Source of the DNA: Microbacteriaceae bacterium
Lineage (GTDB): Bacteria; Actinomycetota; Actinomycetes; Actinomycetales; Microbacteriaceae
DNA length: 64,000 bases
Assembly: GCA_025464995.1 (NCBI GenBank)
Contig: JAODMO010000063.1
Coordinates: forward strand, 1,712 to 65,711
Direction: 5' to 3'
The notes under the pieces are model-generated. The model was not told the DNA's origin. It ran no database searches and saw nothing but the letters and a program-made list of their open reading frames with translations. The translations under genes were made by a program, and so were the position numbers. Positions 19,204 to 29,625 of the stretch are shown piece after piece. Positions within the stretch are counted from its first letter, which is position 1; the number at the start of each line of letters is the position of its first letter.

Positions 19204-20809
19204 TGCCGACGTAGAGCAGGCGGCGCTCCTCGTCGATCGCCTCCTCGGTCTTCGCGTAGGTGATCGGCACGAGTCCCTCGGAGAGGCCGACGAGGTGCAC
19301 CGAGTCCCACTCCAGCCCCTTGGCGGAGTGCAGCGTCGCGATGGTCACGGCGGAGAGCGTCGGCTCATGCTGCGCCGCCTGTCGCTCGAACAGATCGTCG
19401 ACGAAGTCTTTGAGCGTCGTGCCGGCCGGCGTCTGCTCGGCGAGGCCCATGAGCGCGTTGAGCGACTCCCAGCGGTCGCGGACGGCGCCGCGCCCCTCGG
19501 GCGCCTCCTGGGTCCACCCGAGCGAGCGCAACACGTCGCTCACCGTCTTGAACAGGGGTTCGCCGACGATCGAGACGGATGCGCCCTTGAACATCATGAG
19601 CGCCTCCTTGATCTCACGGAGCTCGAAGAAACGGGTGGCTCCGCGCACCAGGTACGGCACGCCCTGAGCGTTCAGGGCCGCCTCGATCGCCGCCGCCTGG
19701 ACGTTGATGCGGAAGAGGATGGCGATGTCTTCGGGCCGGGTGCCTTCGGCGATCTCGTCGGCCACCGCCTTGGCCACCGCCCGCGCCTCGGTCGTGTCGC
19801 TGTCGAAGCCGTCGATGAGCGGGGGACGAGCGGCCGCAGACGACACGGGGGCGCCGGTCGGCGGATGCAGGGTGAGGGCGCCTGGCCTGCCCTTCATGAG
19901 CCGGTTGGCGGCGTCGATGATGCCCGGCGTCGACCGGTAGTTCTGCTCCAGCCGCACGACGACGGCGTCGTCGTAGGCGCTCGCGAAACCGAGGAGGTAA
20001 TCGGGGGTGGCCCCCGCGAACGAGTAGATGGTCTGGCTCGCGTCGCCGACCACGCAGAGGTCGTTGCGCTCCCCCATCCAGAGCTTGACGAGATCGTGCT
20101 GCAACGGCGAGACGTCCTGGTACTCGTCGATGACGAAGAAGCGATACTGCTCGCGCACCTGCTGGGCGACGCGCGGCTCCTCCTCGATCATCCCCGCCGT
20201 GGCGAGCAGCACATCTTCGAAGTCGAGCTGGCGCCGCTCGTCCTTCAGATCCTCATAGGCCTGCTGCAGCGCGATCGCCTTGTCGATGGTGAACGCCGGC
20301 GGGAGGGTGCGCGACTGCGCGGCCGCCCCGTACTGCTCGATGCTCAACCGCGAGACCTTGCGCCACTCGATCTCGGCCGCGGTGTCGCGCAGCGTGGCGG
20401 TGTCGACCTTGAGCCGGATCGTCTCCGCCGCCTGGGCGAGCAGGCGTGACTTGCTGTCGATGAGCCGCGGCATCGTGCCGCCCACCACTTGCGGCCAGAA
20501 GAAGTTCAATTGCGAGAGTGCGGATGCGTGGAATGTGCGTGCGGAGACGCCGGCGGCTCCGAGATGCCGGAGGCGCGACCGCAACTCGCCTGCCGCCCGG
20601 CTCGTGAAGGTGAGGGCCATGACGCGACCTGGCGGGTACACGCCCGACGCCACACCATACGCGATGCGATGCGTGATGGCGCGGGTCTTTCCGGTACCGG
20701 CACCCGCGAGCAGGCACACCGGGCCGAGCAGGGTCTCCGCCGCCATGCGCTGCTGGTCGTCGAGGCCGGCGAGCAGGCTCTCGGCCGAGCGGGTCTCGGT
20801 CGTGCTCAT
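19085..20809 (-). CDS. uvrD2: UvrD2-like ATP-dependent DNA helicase lacking the HRDC domain
   Basis: AGAGTGKT, DEYQD, NYRS, HSAKGLEW and EERRLLYVGITRA motifs; follows nudC. Confidence 0.88.
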   Translation of the reverse strand: MSTTETRSAESLLAGLDDQQRMAAETLLGPVCLLAGAGTGKTRAITHRIAYGVASGVYPPGRVMALTFTSRAAGELRSRLRHLGAAGVSARTFHASALSQLNFFWPQVVGGTMPRLIDSKSRLLAQAAETIRLKVDTATLRDTAAEIEWRKVSRLSIEQYGAAAQSRTLPPAFTIDKAIALQQAYEDLKDERRQLDFEDVLLATAGMIEEEPRVAQQVREQYRFFVIDEYQDVSPLQHDLVKLWMGERNDLCVVGDASQTIYSFAGATPDYLLGFASAYDDAVVVRLEQNYRSTPGIIDAANRLMKGRPGALTLHPPTGAPVSSAAARPPLIDGFDSDTTEARAVAKAVADEIAEGTRPEDIAILFRINVQAAAIEAALNAQGVPYLVRGATRFFELREIKEALMMFKGASVSIVGEPLFKTVSDVLRSLGWTQEAPEGRGAVRDRWESLNALMGLAEQTPAGTTLKDFVDDLFERQAAQHEPTLSAVTIATLHSAKGLEWDSVHLVGLSEGLVPITYAKTEEAIDEERRLLYVGITRARRRLSLSWAATGTNTGGSFRPGQRQASRFLAELQR

Positions 20810-20816
20810 GACCGCG

Positions 20817-21746
20817 TCACGCCGTGCCGTCGCCGATGGGCTCGCCGTACCATCGCTCGATGATCGACCTGGCGATCGAGGTGGGGCCGGGAAGCAGGAT
20901 GCTGTCGAGGGAGTCGCGTAGCTGGTCGCGGCTGAACCAGCGCAACTCGAGGATCTCGTGCCCGTCGGGGGTGAGCGTGCTCTCGATGGCGGGGTCGAGC
21001 CGCGCGGTGAAGCCGAGCATGAGCGATGCCGGGAACGGCCAGGGCTGGCTTCCCAGGTAGACGGGGTCGATGACGTTCAGCCCCGACTCCTCGAACACCT
21101 CTCGCACGACCGCGGCCTCGAGCGACTCCCCCGGTTCGACGAAACCGGCGAGCAGCGAGAAGCGGTTGCTCTCCCACAACGCGTTCGACCCGAGCAGCAG
21201 CCGGTCGTGGGAGTCGGTGATGCCGACGATGATTGCGGCATCCGTGCGCGGAAAGATCTCGTTGCCCGTGGTCGGGTCGACGCGCACCCAGCCGGCCTTG
21301 CCCGGCACCGTCGCGACGCCCGTCCGCGGAGAGAAGGCGTGCGACGCATGCCAGTTGACGATGCCGAGGGCCTCGGTGAACAGGCCGGCGTCGCGGTGGC
21401 TCAGCCTGCTGCCCAGCTGGCGCAGGTTGCCCCAGTCCGCCTCGGCGAGGTGTCCGGCATCCGTCAGCACGGCGGCGACGACGGGCGTGCCGACCGGCTC
21501 CGGGCTCGTCGTCGACACGGAGCGACCTAGATAGACGTACAGCTCGGCGGGCGGGACGGCCGTGACCGGAACCAGCGCGAGCGACGCGGCACCGGAAAGC
21601 AGAGCCGTGCCCTGGAAGATGGGGAGCAGTCGTGTCGCCGGATCGGAGAGGAGACGGGGTATCGCGTCCTCGGCGTCGCGGGTGAGGTAGTCGCGGTCGA
21701 CCTCGTATCGCGACAGCGGGAGTCGCGCGAGAAAAGTATTCGGCAT
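20817..21746 (-). CDS. nudC: NAD(H) diphosphatase
   Basis: Nudix box AGFVEPGESLEAAVVREVFEE and SQPWPFPASLM. Confidence 0.94.
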   Translation of the reverse strand: MPNTFLARLPLSRYEVDRDYLTRDAEDAIPRLLSDPATRLLPIFQGTALLSGAASLALVPVTAVPPAELYVYLGRSVSTTSPEPVGTPVVAAVLTDAGHLAEADWGNLRQLGSRLSHRDAGLFTEALGIVNWHASHAFSPRTGVATVPGKAGWVRVDPTTGNEIFPRTDAAIIVGITDSHDRLLLGSNALWESNRFSLLAGFVEPGESLEAAVVREVFEESGLNVIDPVYLGSQPWPFPASLMLGFTARLDPAIESTLTPDGHEILELRWFSRDQLRDSLDSILLPGPTSIARSIIERWYGEPIGDGTA

Positions 21747-21813
21747 GCGGCGACCCATCAAAAGTGCGTGGCGTTAGAGGAAAGCGGAGACCCGGCAACC
21801 TACCCTGTTGGGT

Positions 21814-22812
21814 ATGGCCAGATCCCATCTCACTCTAGCCGCGCTCGCGACCTCCGCCGTCGACGACCTCGACCTCGTTGCCACGTCGAGCTTCGGTTCC
21901 GCCAAGGGCAACGATTTCGACGCGGCGCTCCTCACCGCGCGCGACGGCAGGCACTTCATGGTGCGCGTTCCGCGCAACGAACGCGCGGAGGCCGAGCAGT
22001 CGGCCGACCTCGTCGCGCTTCGCGCCATCAGCGCGGGAGTGCGCACGCGCCTCCCCTTCGCCGTCTCCAACTATGTCGGCCAAACGCCCGTCTCGGGCAC
22101 GCGCGCGGTGGTCTACGACTTCGTCTACGGCACCAAGGTCGGTCTGGGCAGGCTGGACGCCGGGCCGTCGAGCCTCGCAGCATCCATCGGCTCCGCCATC
22201 GCCGCCATCCACGCCCTGCCGACGAGCTTCGTCGCCGACTCCGGCCTGCCCGTGCTGAGTGCGAGCGACAGCCTGCGCTCGGCGGTGAGCGTCATGGACC
22301 GCGCCGGCGCGACGAGCCTGGTGCCGCCGCAGCTGCTCGGTCGGTGGGAGCGCGCAACGGAGGAGAGCACGCTCTGGCAGTTCCAGCCGACCGTGATCAA
22401 CAACGCGCTGAGCGCCGACTCGTTCCTCTCGGCCGACGGGGTCGTCACCGGCCTGCTCGGCTGGCAGGACCTGCGCGTCGGCGACCCGGCTCGCGACCTC
22501 GCGTGGCTGCTCGGTGCTCCCGAGGCCGTGGCCGACAGCGCCTTCGACGCCTACCACGCGGTGCGCGGGCAGGGCGATCGTCACGTTCGCCAGCGCGCGA
22601 AACTGTATGCCGAGCTCGAGATCGCGAAGTGGCTGCTTCACGGCACCGAGACGCGGAGCACGGAGATCGTGGATGACGCGGTCGGGATGCTCAGTGCACT
22701 CGTCGACTCGACGCTCAACGACGTGATGAACCCGCTGAACCCGCAGACCATCGAGACGATGGCCGTGTCGGATGTCGAGGCCCTCCTCGACCGCACGGAG
22801 CGCGCCGTCTAA
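21814..22812 (+). CDS. Aminoglycoside/macrolide phosphotransferase-fold protein with degenerate catalytic motifs
   Basis: APH-like architecture (VRVP, IAAIH, GDPARDLAW); the usual HGD and D-W motifs are altered. Confidence 0.8.
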   Translation: MARSHLTLAALATSAVDDLDLVATSSFGSAKGNDFDAALLTARDGRHFMVRVPRNERAEAEQSADLVALRAISAGVRTRLPFAVSNYVGQTPVSGTRAVVYDFVYGTKVGLGRLDAGPSSLAASIGSAIAAIHALPTSFVADSGLPVLSASDSLRSAVSVMDRAGATSLVPPQLLGRWERATEESTLWQFQPTVINNALSADSFLSADGVVTGLLGWQDLRVGDPARDLAWLLGAPEAVADSAFDAYHAVRGQGDRHVRQRAKLYAELEIAKWLLHGTETRSTEIVDDAVGMLSALVDSTLNDVMNPLNPQTIETMAVSDVEALLDRTERAV

Positions 22813-22827
22813 CAGCCGGGCGGTCCC

Positions 22828-25800
22828 TCAGCTCGCCGCGGGGAAGGCCTTTCGCCACAGTGCCACCAGCTCGTCTTCATCGAAGATGCGTTCCGGCGTG
22901 ACCACGCGGTCGTCGGCCACGAAGTAGAACACCGCGTCGATGAGCGCCGGATCGATGCCCGCCCAGCGCGAGTACGCCAGACGGTAGAGCGCGAGCTGCA
23001 GCTGTTTCCGCTCCAGGTCGGCGGCGTCCTTCGGCGCCTTGCCCGTCTTCCAATCGACGACCTCGTACCGTCCGCCGTCGAAGTACACCGCGTCGATCTT
23101 GCAGATGACGATGCGGTCGTCGAACGGGAGGTGGATCTCCCGCTCGACGTCGACGGGTCGACGATCCGCCCAGACCGAGCGGCTGAACGTGTCCTGCAGT
23201 CTCGCGAAGTCGGCGTCGTTCGTGATGTCGCCCGTGGCATCCCCGTCGTCGATTTCGGTGAGCAGGCTGTCGAGCGCCTCGCTCGTGCCGCCCATCCCGT
23301 AGCGCGACTCGACCCAGGAGTGGAACAGCGTGCCGATCTGCGTCGCCTTGTACGGCCGCTCGGGCATGGGGCGTCGCAGCGCCGACGCGACGCCCGCGGG
23401 ATCGGTCACGAAGTCTTTGAATCGGGATGCCGCAACCCGAACGGGCATCGCCACGAGCCCGTTCGTGCTCATGCGCCGCTCTCGCTCGCGGAGCAGGAGC
23501 GTCAGGTCGGTGCTCCACTTGCCCGGGGGCTCGACGCCGGCCTGCACAACAGAAGCGCCCGCGTCTGGCGCGACCGAGGCCGCCGCGGCCCGCACCGCGG
23601 CGGCCCCGGCCTCGACCCGGCGCCGACGCACGCCGAGCGGATCGACGGGCCACTGGATGTACTCCGGCTCACTGCCGAGCGGGTTCTCCTCGTGCTCGCT
23701 CGCGGTCGGGAGCTCGCCGACGACACCCGCCGCCTCGAGGTCGAGCAGAAACTCGCTCGGGGTGCGCGGCTTCGATTGCTTCGACCAGAACGATCCGCTG
23801 AGCAGGAGCGAATGCTTGGCCCGGGTCACCGCGACGTAGGCGAGCCGGCGTTCCTCGAAGCGGTGCCGCACCTCGAGGTCGAGCTTGAACTGCTTGCGGT
23901 TGTCGTCGAACTCCTTCTGCGAGTCGATGCCGCGCCAGCGCAGCACCGGCAGCTCTGCGGCGTCTCCGCGAAACTCGTACGGCAGCGCACCGAGCGACAG
24001 CCACCCGTTGTAGCCGTCCTTCGACGCGCCGGGCAGCTCGCCCTCCACGAGTCGCGGCACCGCGACGATGTCCCACTCGAGACCCTTCGACCCGTGAATA
24101 GTGAGAAGCTGCACCGTGCCGGGCTCTGGGTCTTCTGGCCGCGGGCCGAGGCTGTCGCGCCACTCGGCCACGGTCAGCCAGCCGAGGAATCCGCCGAGCG
24201 ACGAGTTGTCGTCACTCGCGAGATAACCGCCCAGCGCGTCGAAGAAGGCTTCCAGGTTGCCGTTACCGAGCGGCAGGCGGTCGTTCGCGGAGACCTCGAT
24301 GTCGAGCATGAGCTCCTGCTCGACGAGCGTCACGAAGTCGACGAGCTCGAGGTTGGCGCGCGAGCGCAACCGGGCGAAGAGCGCGCCTGCCTCACGCATC
24401 CGCGACAGTCCTGCCTCGCTGAAACCGGCGAGGGCGCCGTGTCCCGGTCGCGCGTGGGCGAGAAAGTCGAGCGCCTCGACGATCGATCCTCCCTCTGACT
24501 CGGCCACGGAGGCGCGCATCGCCTCGCGCAGCTCGTCGGCGAGCGGCTGGTGCGCGTAGTCGCGGTCGCGCAGCCATGACGCGAGACGGCTGAGAGCCTG
24601 GATGTCCTGCACCCCGATGCGCCAGCGCGAGCCGGTGAGCAGGCGGATGAGCTGCGAACCGGCCGTCGGGTCGTTGACAACCCAGAGCGCGCTCACGAGG
24701 TCGACGATCTCCGGCTCCTGCAGGAGGCCGCCGATTCCGAGCACGTGGTACGGCACGCCCGCGTCATCCAGCGCCGAGGTGAAGACCGACAAGGTCGAGC
24801 GCGTACGCAGCAGCATGGCGGCGGAGCGCTGCTCGCCCTTGCGCGAGCGCACGGCGAGCTGGGCCTTGAGCCAGGCCGCCGTGGCCGCCGCCTCCTCCGC
24901 GACGGTCTCCTCGAACACGACCGAGAGCCTCTCATCGGATGCGGCGGGGCTCGCCGTCAACGCGCCCACCTCCACCTTCGTCACGGCGTTGAGCTTCTCG
25001 ACGATCGTGTTGGCGGCGGCGAGGATGCCGTGCCCGTTGCGCCAGCTCGTAGAGAGGTCGAATTTCGCGACGGCCGCGGGCGAGCCGGAGAAGTCGGCGG
25101 GGAAGCCCCCGAGGTTCGCGGCGCTCGCCCCGCGCCATCCGTAGATCGACTGGTGGGGATCGCCGACGGCCATGACCGCGTGGTCGCGGAAGAGTGTCTT
25201 GAGCAGGCGCGTCTGCACGACGCTCGTGTCCTGATATTCGTCGAGCAGCACGACGGAGTACCGCTCGCGCAGTTCTTCGGCGATGCGGGGCACGCGCTCG
25301 GTCGCCGTCAGCGCGAGGGCGACCTGGTCGGAGTACTCGACCAGCCCGCGACTCGCTTTCGCCGCCGCGAACGCGTCGGCGAGGTCGAGCAGCACCGGGA
25401 GGCCGTGCACCGCCTCGATCGACCGGCGCACGTCGGGGTAGCGCGCGTTCGACCGGCCCCCATACGGCAGGTCGAGCACCGAACCGAGCTCGGCGACCAT
25501 CCGCCGAACGTCGTCGGAGTTGCGTTCGATCTCGCTGAGCTCGTGATTGAGGGCGATGACGGCCTTTGTGACGACGTCGACGCTCTTGTCCAGGTCGGCG
25601 AGCCTCACGTCGTGGCTCGCCACCACGATCGATCGAGCCAGCTGCCACGAGGATGCCTCGCTCAGTACGGCCGCGTCACTCTCCCGTCCGATGAGCGCGG
25701 CGTTGTCGCGGTAGATCGAATTGGCGAACGAGTTGTAGGTCGCGACCGTCGGGGCGTCGAACACGTCGTAGTCGCTGCCGATGAGCCCCGCGGCAGCGAG

Positions 25801-26082
25801 CTGCTCGATGCGGTCGCGGATGCGCCGCGCGAGCTCGCCGGCGGCCTTGCGCGTGAACGTGAGCCCGAGCACCTCGCTCGGCTTCACGAGTCCGTTGGCC
25901 AGCAGGTACAGCACCCGGTTGGCCATCGTCTCGGTCTTGCCGCTTCCGGCGCCGGCGATCACGAGGGCGGGCGCCAGGTCGGCTTCGATGACGGCCTGCT
26001 GCTGCGGTGTCGGCGGGTCGCCTGCGATGGCCTCGGCGATCTGCAGCGCGGAGACGGCGGATGGCGCGGAGACGGTCGTCAT
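22828..26082 (-). CDS. adnB: AdnB helicase-nuclease subunit
   Basis: AGAGSGKT, DEYQD, HGSKGLEW, RecB-type nuclease IDAV...DWKTG and QLALY; ATGA coupling to adnA. Confidence 0.9.
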   Translation of the reverse strand: MTTVSAPSAVSALQIAEAIAGDPPTPQQQAVIEADLAPALVIAGAGSGKTETMANRVLYLLANGLVKPSEVLGLTFTRKAAGELARRIRDRIEQLAAAGLIGSDYDVFDAPTVATYNSFANSIYRDNAALIGRESDAAVLSEASSWQLARSIVVASHDVRLADLDKSVDVVTKAVIALNHELSEIERNSDDVRRMVAELGSVLDLPYGGRSNARYPDVRRSIEAVHGLPVLLDLADAFAAAKASRGLVEYSDQVALALTATERVPRIAEELRERYSVVLLDEYQDTSVVQTRLLKTLFRDHAVMAVGDPHQSIYGWRGASAANLGGFPADFSGSPAAVAKFDLSTSWRNGHGILAAANTIVEKLNAVTKVEVGALTASPAASDERLSVVFEETVAEEAAATAAWLKAQLAVRSRKGEQRSAAMLLRTRSTLSVFTSALDDAGVPYHVLGIGGLLQEPEIVDLVSALWVVNDPTAGSQLIRLLTGSRWRIGVQDIQALSRLASWLRDRDYAHQPLADELREAMRASVAESEGGSIVEALDFLAHARPGHGALAGFSEAGLSRMREAGALFARLRSRANLELVDFVTLVEQELMLDIEVSANDRLPLGNGNLEAFFDALGGYLASDDNSSLGGFLGWLTVAEWRDSLGPRPEDPEPGTVQLLTIHGSKGLEWDIVAVPRLVEGELPGASKDGYNGWLSLGALPYEFRGDAAELPVLRWRGIDSQKEFDDNRKQFKLDLEVRHRFEERRLAYVAVTRAKHSLLLSGSFWSKQSKPRTPSEFLLDLEAAGVVGELPTASEHEENPLGSEPEYIQWPVDPLGVRRRRVEAGAAAVRAAAASVAPDAGASVVQAGVEPPGKWSTDLTLLLRERERRMSTNGLVAMPVRVAASRFKDFVTDPAGVASALRRPMPERPYKATQIGTLFHSWVESRYGMGGTSEALDSLLTEIDDGDATGDITNDADFARLQDTFSRSVWADRRPVDVEREIHLPFDDRIVICKIDAVYFDGGRYEVVDWKTGKAPKDAADLERKQLQLALYRLAYSRWAGIDPALIDAVFYFVADDRVVTPERIFDEDELVALWRKAFPAAS

Positions 26083-29000
26083 GCGCTCACCGCTTTCACG
26101 AGATGGATGCGGTACCGCGGGTCGTTGCCCGAGCCGTAGGCGTCGAGGTTGAGCACCCCCGCGAACTCGGCGGCCGCCATGCCGATGGCGGCGAGCTCGA
26201 TGCGCCGGCGGAGCTCGTCGAGCTCGGCTCCGACGAGCGGAGCCTGCACGGCCTCCCGATAGAGCTTGCCGCCCTTGCCCGACGAGACGTAGAGCAGCTT
26301 CGCACCTCCCGGGGTGTGGCCCTCGGGCAGGTGCTCGAGCACGCCGTGGTCGTAGGCGAGCTGGTAGGCGCCGAGCTGCGCGTGCGCGTCGATGCGCGCC
26401 TGGTTGGTCTCGGCGCGCCCGGTCTTGAGGTCGACGATCACGATGGCTCCGTCGTCGTGCTGCTCGATGCGGTCGATCTTGCCGTTGAGCTTTCCGCGTC
26501 CGACGACGACGCTGAACGACGGCTCGGCCGCGACGAGACTCTTGCCCGCCGAGCGGAAGTCGTGCAGGTACTCGGAGAGCCCGGCCGTCAGCACGCGCGC
26601 AGCGCGGCGCTGTTTCTCGGCGAGCCAGGGCGACTCGAAGAGCAGCTCGCTCCAGCGCGACTGCACGGCGTCCCAGAGCGCGTCGATCGACGGATCGGTC
26701 GCCGTCTCCATCGCCCAGTGCACGATCGTGCCGAGCCCCATGGCCGTGCTTGTCTGCGTGCCGCTCATCACGTCGATGAACCAGTTGAGCGGAGACTCCT
26801 CGAACGCCTCGAGCTTCGACGGCGACACCCCGACGGTCACCCCCGGGTCGTCGAGGTCGTGCAGCGGTCCGGTGGTCGAGGGCTCGAGCATGCCGTGCCA
26901 CTCCGCGGGGTCGGCACCGGGAACGCCGTGGTGCGCGAGCCGCGCAAGAGACGCCGCGGCATCCGCCCGGTCCGCCGCCGCGGTCGAGGCGAGGCCGTCG
27001 GGCCGGGGGCGGACGAGCTCACGCCGCAACCGGCCGGTGACGCCTCGGAGGGAGAGCGGATGCCACTCGCTCGCGTCGAGCGCGACACCGACGCCGCTCG
27101 GAACGAGCCCGAACAGCACCGACGCCGCCTCGTCTTCGTTGCTCACGCAGCTCAGGATGACCTGGGTCGTCGCGCGCGAGACGGCGAGCGCGAACATCCG
27201 CAGCTCGTCGCCCAGCACCTGCTTGCGGTCGTCGATCACAGAGGCGGCGGAGTCGTCGTGCTGGGATCGGTTGACCCGTCGTCCGGCCTTCGAGGCATCG
27301 ACGAGCGCCTGCGGGTAGAGCAGCGATCCGCGGATGCGCAGGTTCGGCCAGACGCCATCTTGCAGGCCGGCGACCGCGACGACGTCGAACTCCGTGCCGA
27401 CGGCTCCTGACGGGGTCGTGACGAGTACCGATTCGCCGTTCGTCTGCGGGGCGAGGGTGTCTTCGGGCACCTCGGCGCTCAGCAGGTCGTCTATGAACAG
27501 CCGCGCGCCGTCGTTGGGCCGCCGCTCGGCGAAGCGGCGGGCGGCGGTGAACAGCGCCATGACGCCGTCGAGGTTTCGATTGGCGTCGGCCGCCGTGAGA
27601 CCGGTGCCCAGCGACTGCTCGAACCAGGATGTGGCGAGACCACTGCGCTCCCAGACCAGCCAGAGCAGCTGCTCGATCGAGCCGTCGTCGCGGGCCAACT
27701 CGGCGGTCGCGGCGAGCGTCTTCGCCACCCGGTCGGCGTTGCGACCGATGCGATGGTCGATCGTCGAGAAACGGCCGGGTGCGCCGAGCGCCTCGACGAG
27801 CAGCTCGTCGCTGCTGCGGTTTCCACCACCCGCCAGCTCCTCGGCCCGCAGGGCAACCCGCAGGCGTCGGAGGGCGAGGCGGTCGAAGCCGCCGAAGGGA
27901 CCGAGAAGCATCTCGACGGCGAGTGACGGTGTGAGCGGCGTGCGGCCGAGCGCCACATCGACGACGGCGAGCAGGCTGCGGGCGGCATGGTCGTCACGCA
28001 GGGCGGTGCCGCCGGCGAGCGTGCGCGTGGGCACCTCGGCGAGCGCGAGGGCCCGGGAGATCGGCCGGATGAGCGACCCCGTGCGCACGATGACCGCCAT
28101 GCGGCCGAACGAAACCCCGCGCATCAGGTGGTGCTCGCGGAACAGTCGGGCGATGGCGGCGACCTCGCGCGCGGGCGTCGCGGCGCTCACCGTGACGACG
28201 GGACGATCGGGGTTCGCTCCCCCGGCGACCGCTGCGTGCTGACGGCCCGCGGCGGCGGTGCCGATGCGGTTGGTGACGGAGTTGGTGAGGGCGCGCAGCT
28301 CAGCACCCTGGCGGTGTGCCGTGCCGAGGATGAGGGTGCGGAGCGCGGGCAGGCCGAGCCGGGTCGAGAGCGTGCCGAGGGCGTCGCGCTCTCCACTGCG
28401 GAACGCGTTGGTCGCGACATCCGGATCGCCGAACGCCACGATCGCGACCCCGCGGTCGGCCAGGGCCCGCAGGAGGCCGATGGTGGCCTCGGTGGTCTCC
28501 TGCAGATCGTCGACGATGACGAGCCGCACGCGGGCGAGCTTGTCTGCGATGTCGCCGCGCAACGCCTCGGCGGCGAAGGCGAGCAGCTCGGCCGCATCCA
28601 GCGCGTTCTCCTGCATCGACCCGACGACCTGCAGGTACTCGTCGATGAAGTCGGCGGCCGCGGTCCACTCGTCGTGGTCGTGTGCCGCGCCGAGCTCGCG
28701 CAGGCGCTGCGGCGACACCCCGAACTCGGTGCACCGCATCATGAGCTCTCGCAGCTCGGTGCGGAACCCGCGCAGCTGGCGCACGTCAGGCCCGAGGATG
28801 TCGGGCCATGCGGGGCCCGTGCCGTCGTCGATGTGCCCCTGCAGGAGCTCTTTGATCACCTGGTCCTGGTCGCCACCCGTGAGGAGGCTCGGTCGAGCCG
28901 ACCCGGCACGCTGCGCGGCGTGCTGGACAAGCTCGAAGGCGAAGGAGTTCGTCGTGCGGGCGAGCGGGCCGTTCGTGGCGATGCCGCCGCGCGCCGTCTC

Positions 29001-29288
29001 CGCGCCGCCAGGCGACCCGAGTCGCAGGGCGAGGGTGTCGCGGAGCCGCGTGGCGGAACCTCGGTTGGGGGTGAGGACGACGAGCTCGTCGGCCCCCCAG
29101 CCGCGCACCAGTACGCGGTCGGCCACGAGCTCGACGAGAGTGGTGGTCTTGCCCGTTCCCGGGGCGCCGATGACCGCCGCTGAGGCGTCGTCGGCGAGGT
29201 CGATCACCGCTCGTTGTGAGGGGTCGAGCACGGTCACGGGCCGCTCGGTGGCGCGCCCCGTACCGAGTTCGAATCCCCTGATGGTCAC
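26079..29288 (-). CDS. adnA: AdnA helicase-nuclease subunit
   Basis: GAPGTGKT, degenerate DDLQE, nuclease GKIDRIE...DLKTG and QLGAY. Confidence 0.9.
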   Translation of the reverse strand: MTIRGFELGTGRATERPVTVLDPSQRAVIDLADDASAAVIGAPGTGKTTTLVELVADRVLVRGWGADELVVLTPNRGSATRLRDTLALRLGSPGGAETARGGIATNGPLARTTNSFAFELVQHAAQRAGSARPSLLTGGDQDQVIKELLQGHIDDGTGPAWPDILGPDVRQLRGFRTELRELMMRCTEFGVSPQRLRELGAAHDHDEWTAAADFIDEYLQVVGSMQENALDAAELLAFAAEALRGDIADKLARVRLVIVDDLQETTEATIGLLRALADRGVAIVAFGDPDVATNAFRSGERDALGTLSTRLGLPALRTLILGTAHRQGAELRALTNSVTNRIGTAAAGRQHAAVAGGANPDRPVVTVSAATPAREVAAIARLFREHHLMRGVSFGRMAVIVRTGSLIRPISRALALAEVPTRTLAGGTALRDDHAARSLLAVVDVALGRTPLTPSLAVEMLLGPFGGFDRLALRRLRVALRAEELAGGGNRSSDELLVEALGAPGRFSTIDHRIGRNADRVAKTLAATAELARDDGSIEQLLWLVWERSGLATSWFEQSLGTGLTAADANRNLDGVMALFTAARRFAERRPNDGARLFIDDLLSAEVPEDTLAPQTNGESVLVTTPSGAVGTEFDVVAVAGLQDGVWPNLRIRGSLLYPQALVDASKAGRRVNRSQHDDSAASVIDDRKQVLGDELRMFALAVSRATTQVILSCVSNEDEAASVLFGLVPSGVGVALDASEWHPLSLRGVTGRLRRELVRPRPDGLASTAAADRADAAASLARLAHHGVPGADPAEWHGMLEPSTTGPLHDLDDPGVTVGVSPSKLEAFEESPLNWFIDVMSGTQTSTAMGLGTIVHWAMETATDPSIDALWDAVQSRWSELLFESPWLAEKQRRAARVLTAGLSEYLHDFRSAGKSLVAAEPSFSVVVGRGKLNGKIDRIEQHDDGAIVIVDLKTGRAETNQARIDAHAQLGAYQLAYDHGVLEHLPEGHTPGGAKLLYVSSGKGGKLYREAVQAPLVGAELDELRRRIELAAIGMAAAEFAGVLNLDAYGSGNDPRYRIHLVKAVSA

Positions 29289-29395
29289 GCTGCCACGGTA
29301 CCCGCAGCCACCGACAGCACCCGCGAGGCCTGCGGCGCGTTATGCCGGTAGTGAACGCGCGGATGCGGGTGCACGACGTGTCGTAATCTTGGCTC

Positions 29396-29620
29396 GTGGA
29401 CATTCGCATCGGTATTATCAACAGCCCCCGTGAGATCAACTTCGAGTCGTCGCAGACGGCGCAGGAGGTCGAGGCCGTCGTGTCGACCGCGCTCGACTCC
29501 GACAGCAAGTTCGTGAAGCTCGTCGACAACAAGGGGAAGCTCTACATCGTTCCCACCGCGAACATCGGCTACATCGAGGTCGGCTCCGAGTCGGCCCGAC
29601 GTGTCGGCTTCGTGGCCTGA
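29396..29620 (+). CDS. DUF3107 family protein
   Basis: MDIRIGI...PREI...YIEVG...RRVGF; TAATCT 6 nt before the GTG (leaderless). Confidence 0.9.
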   Translation: MDIRIGIINSPREINFESSQTAQEVEAVVSTALDSDSKFVKLVDNKGKLYIVPTANIGYIEVGSESARRVGFVA

Positions 29621-29625
29621 CCACC

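Noticed and set aside
22828-29288. Helicase-nuclease pair as a novel defence system or Cas4-like locus
   Set aside because: Architecture and synteny with nudC and uvrD2 match housekeeping AdnAB.
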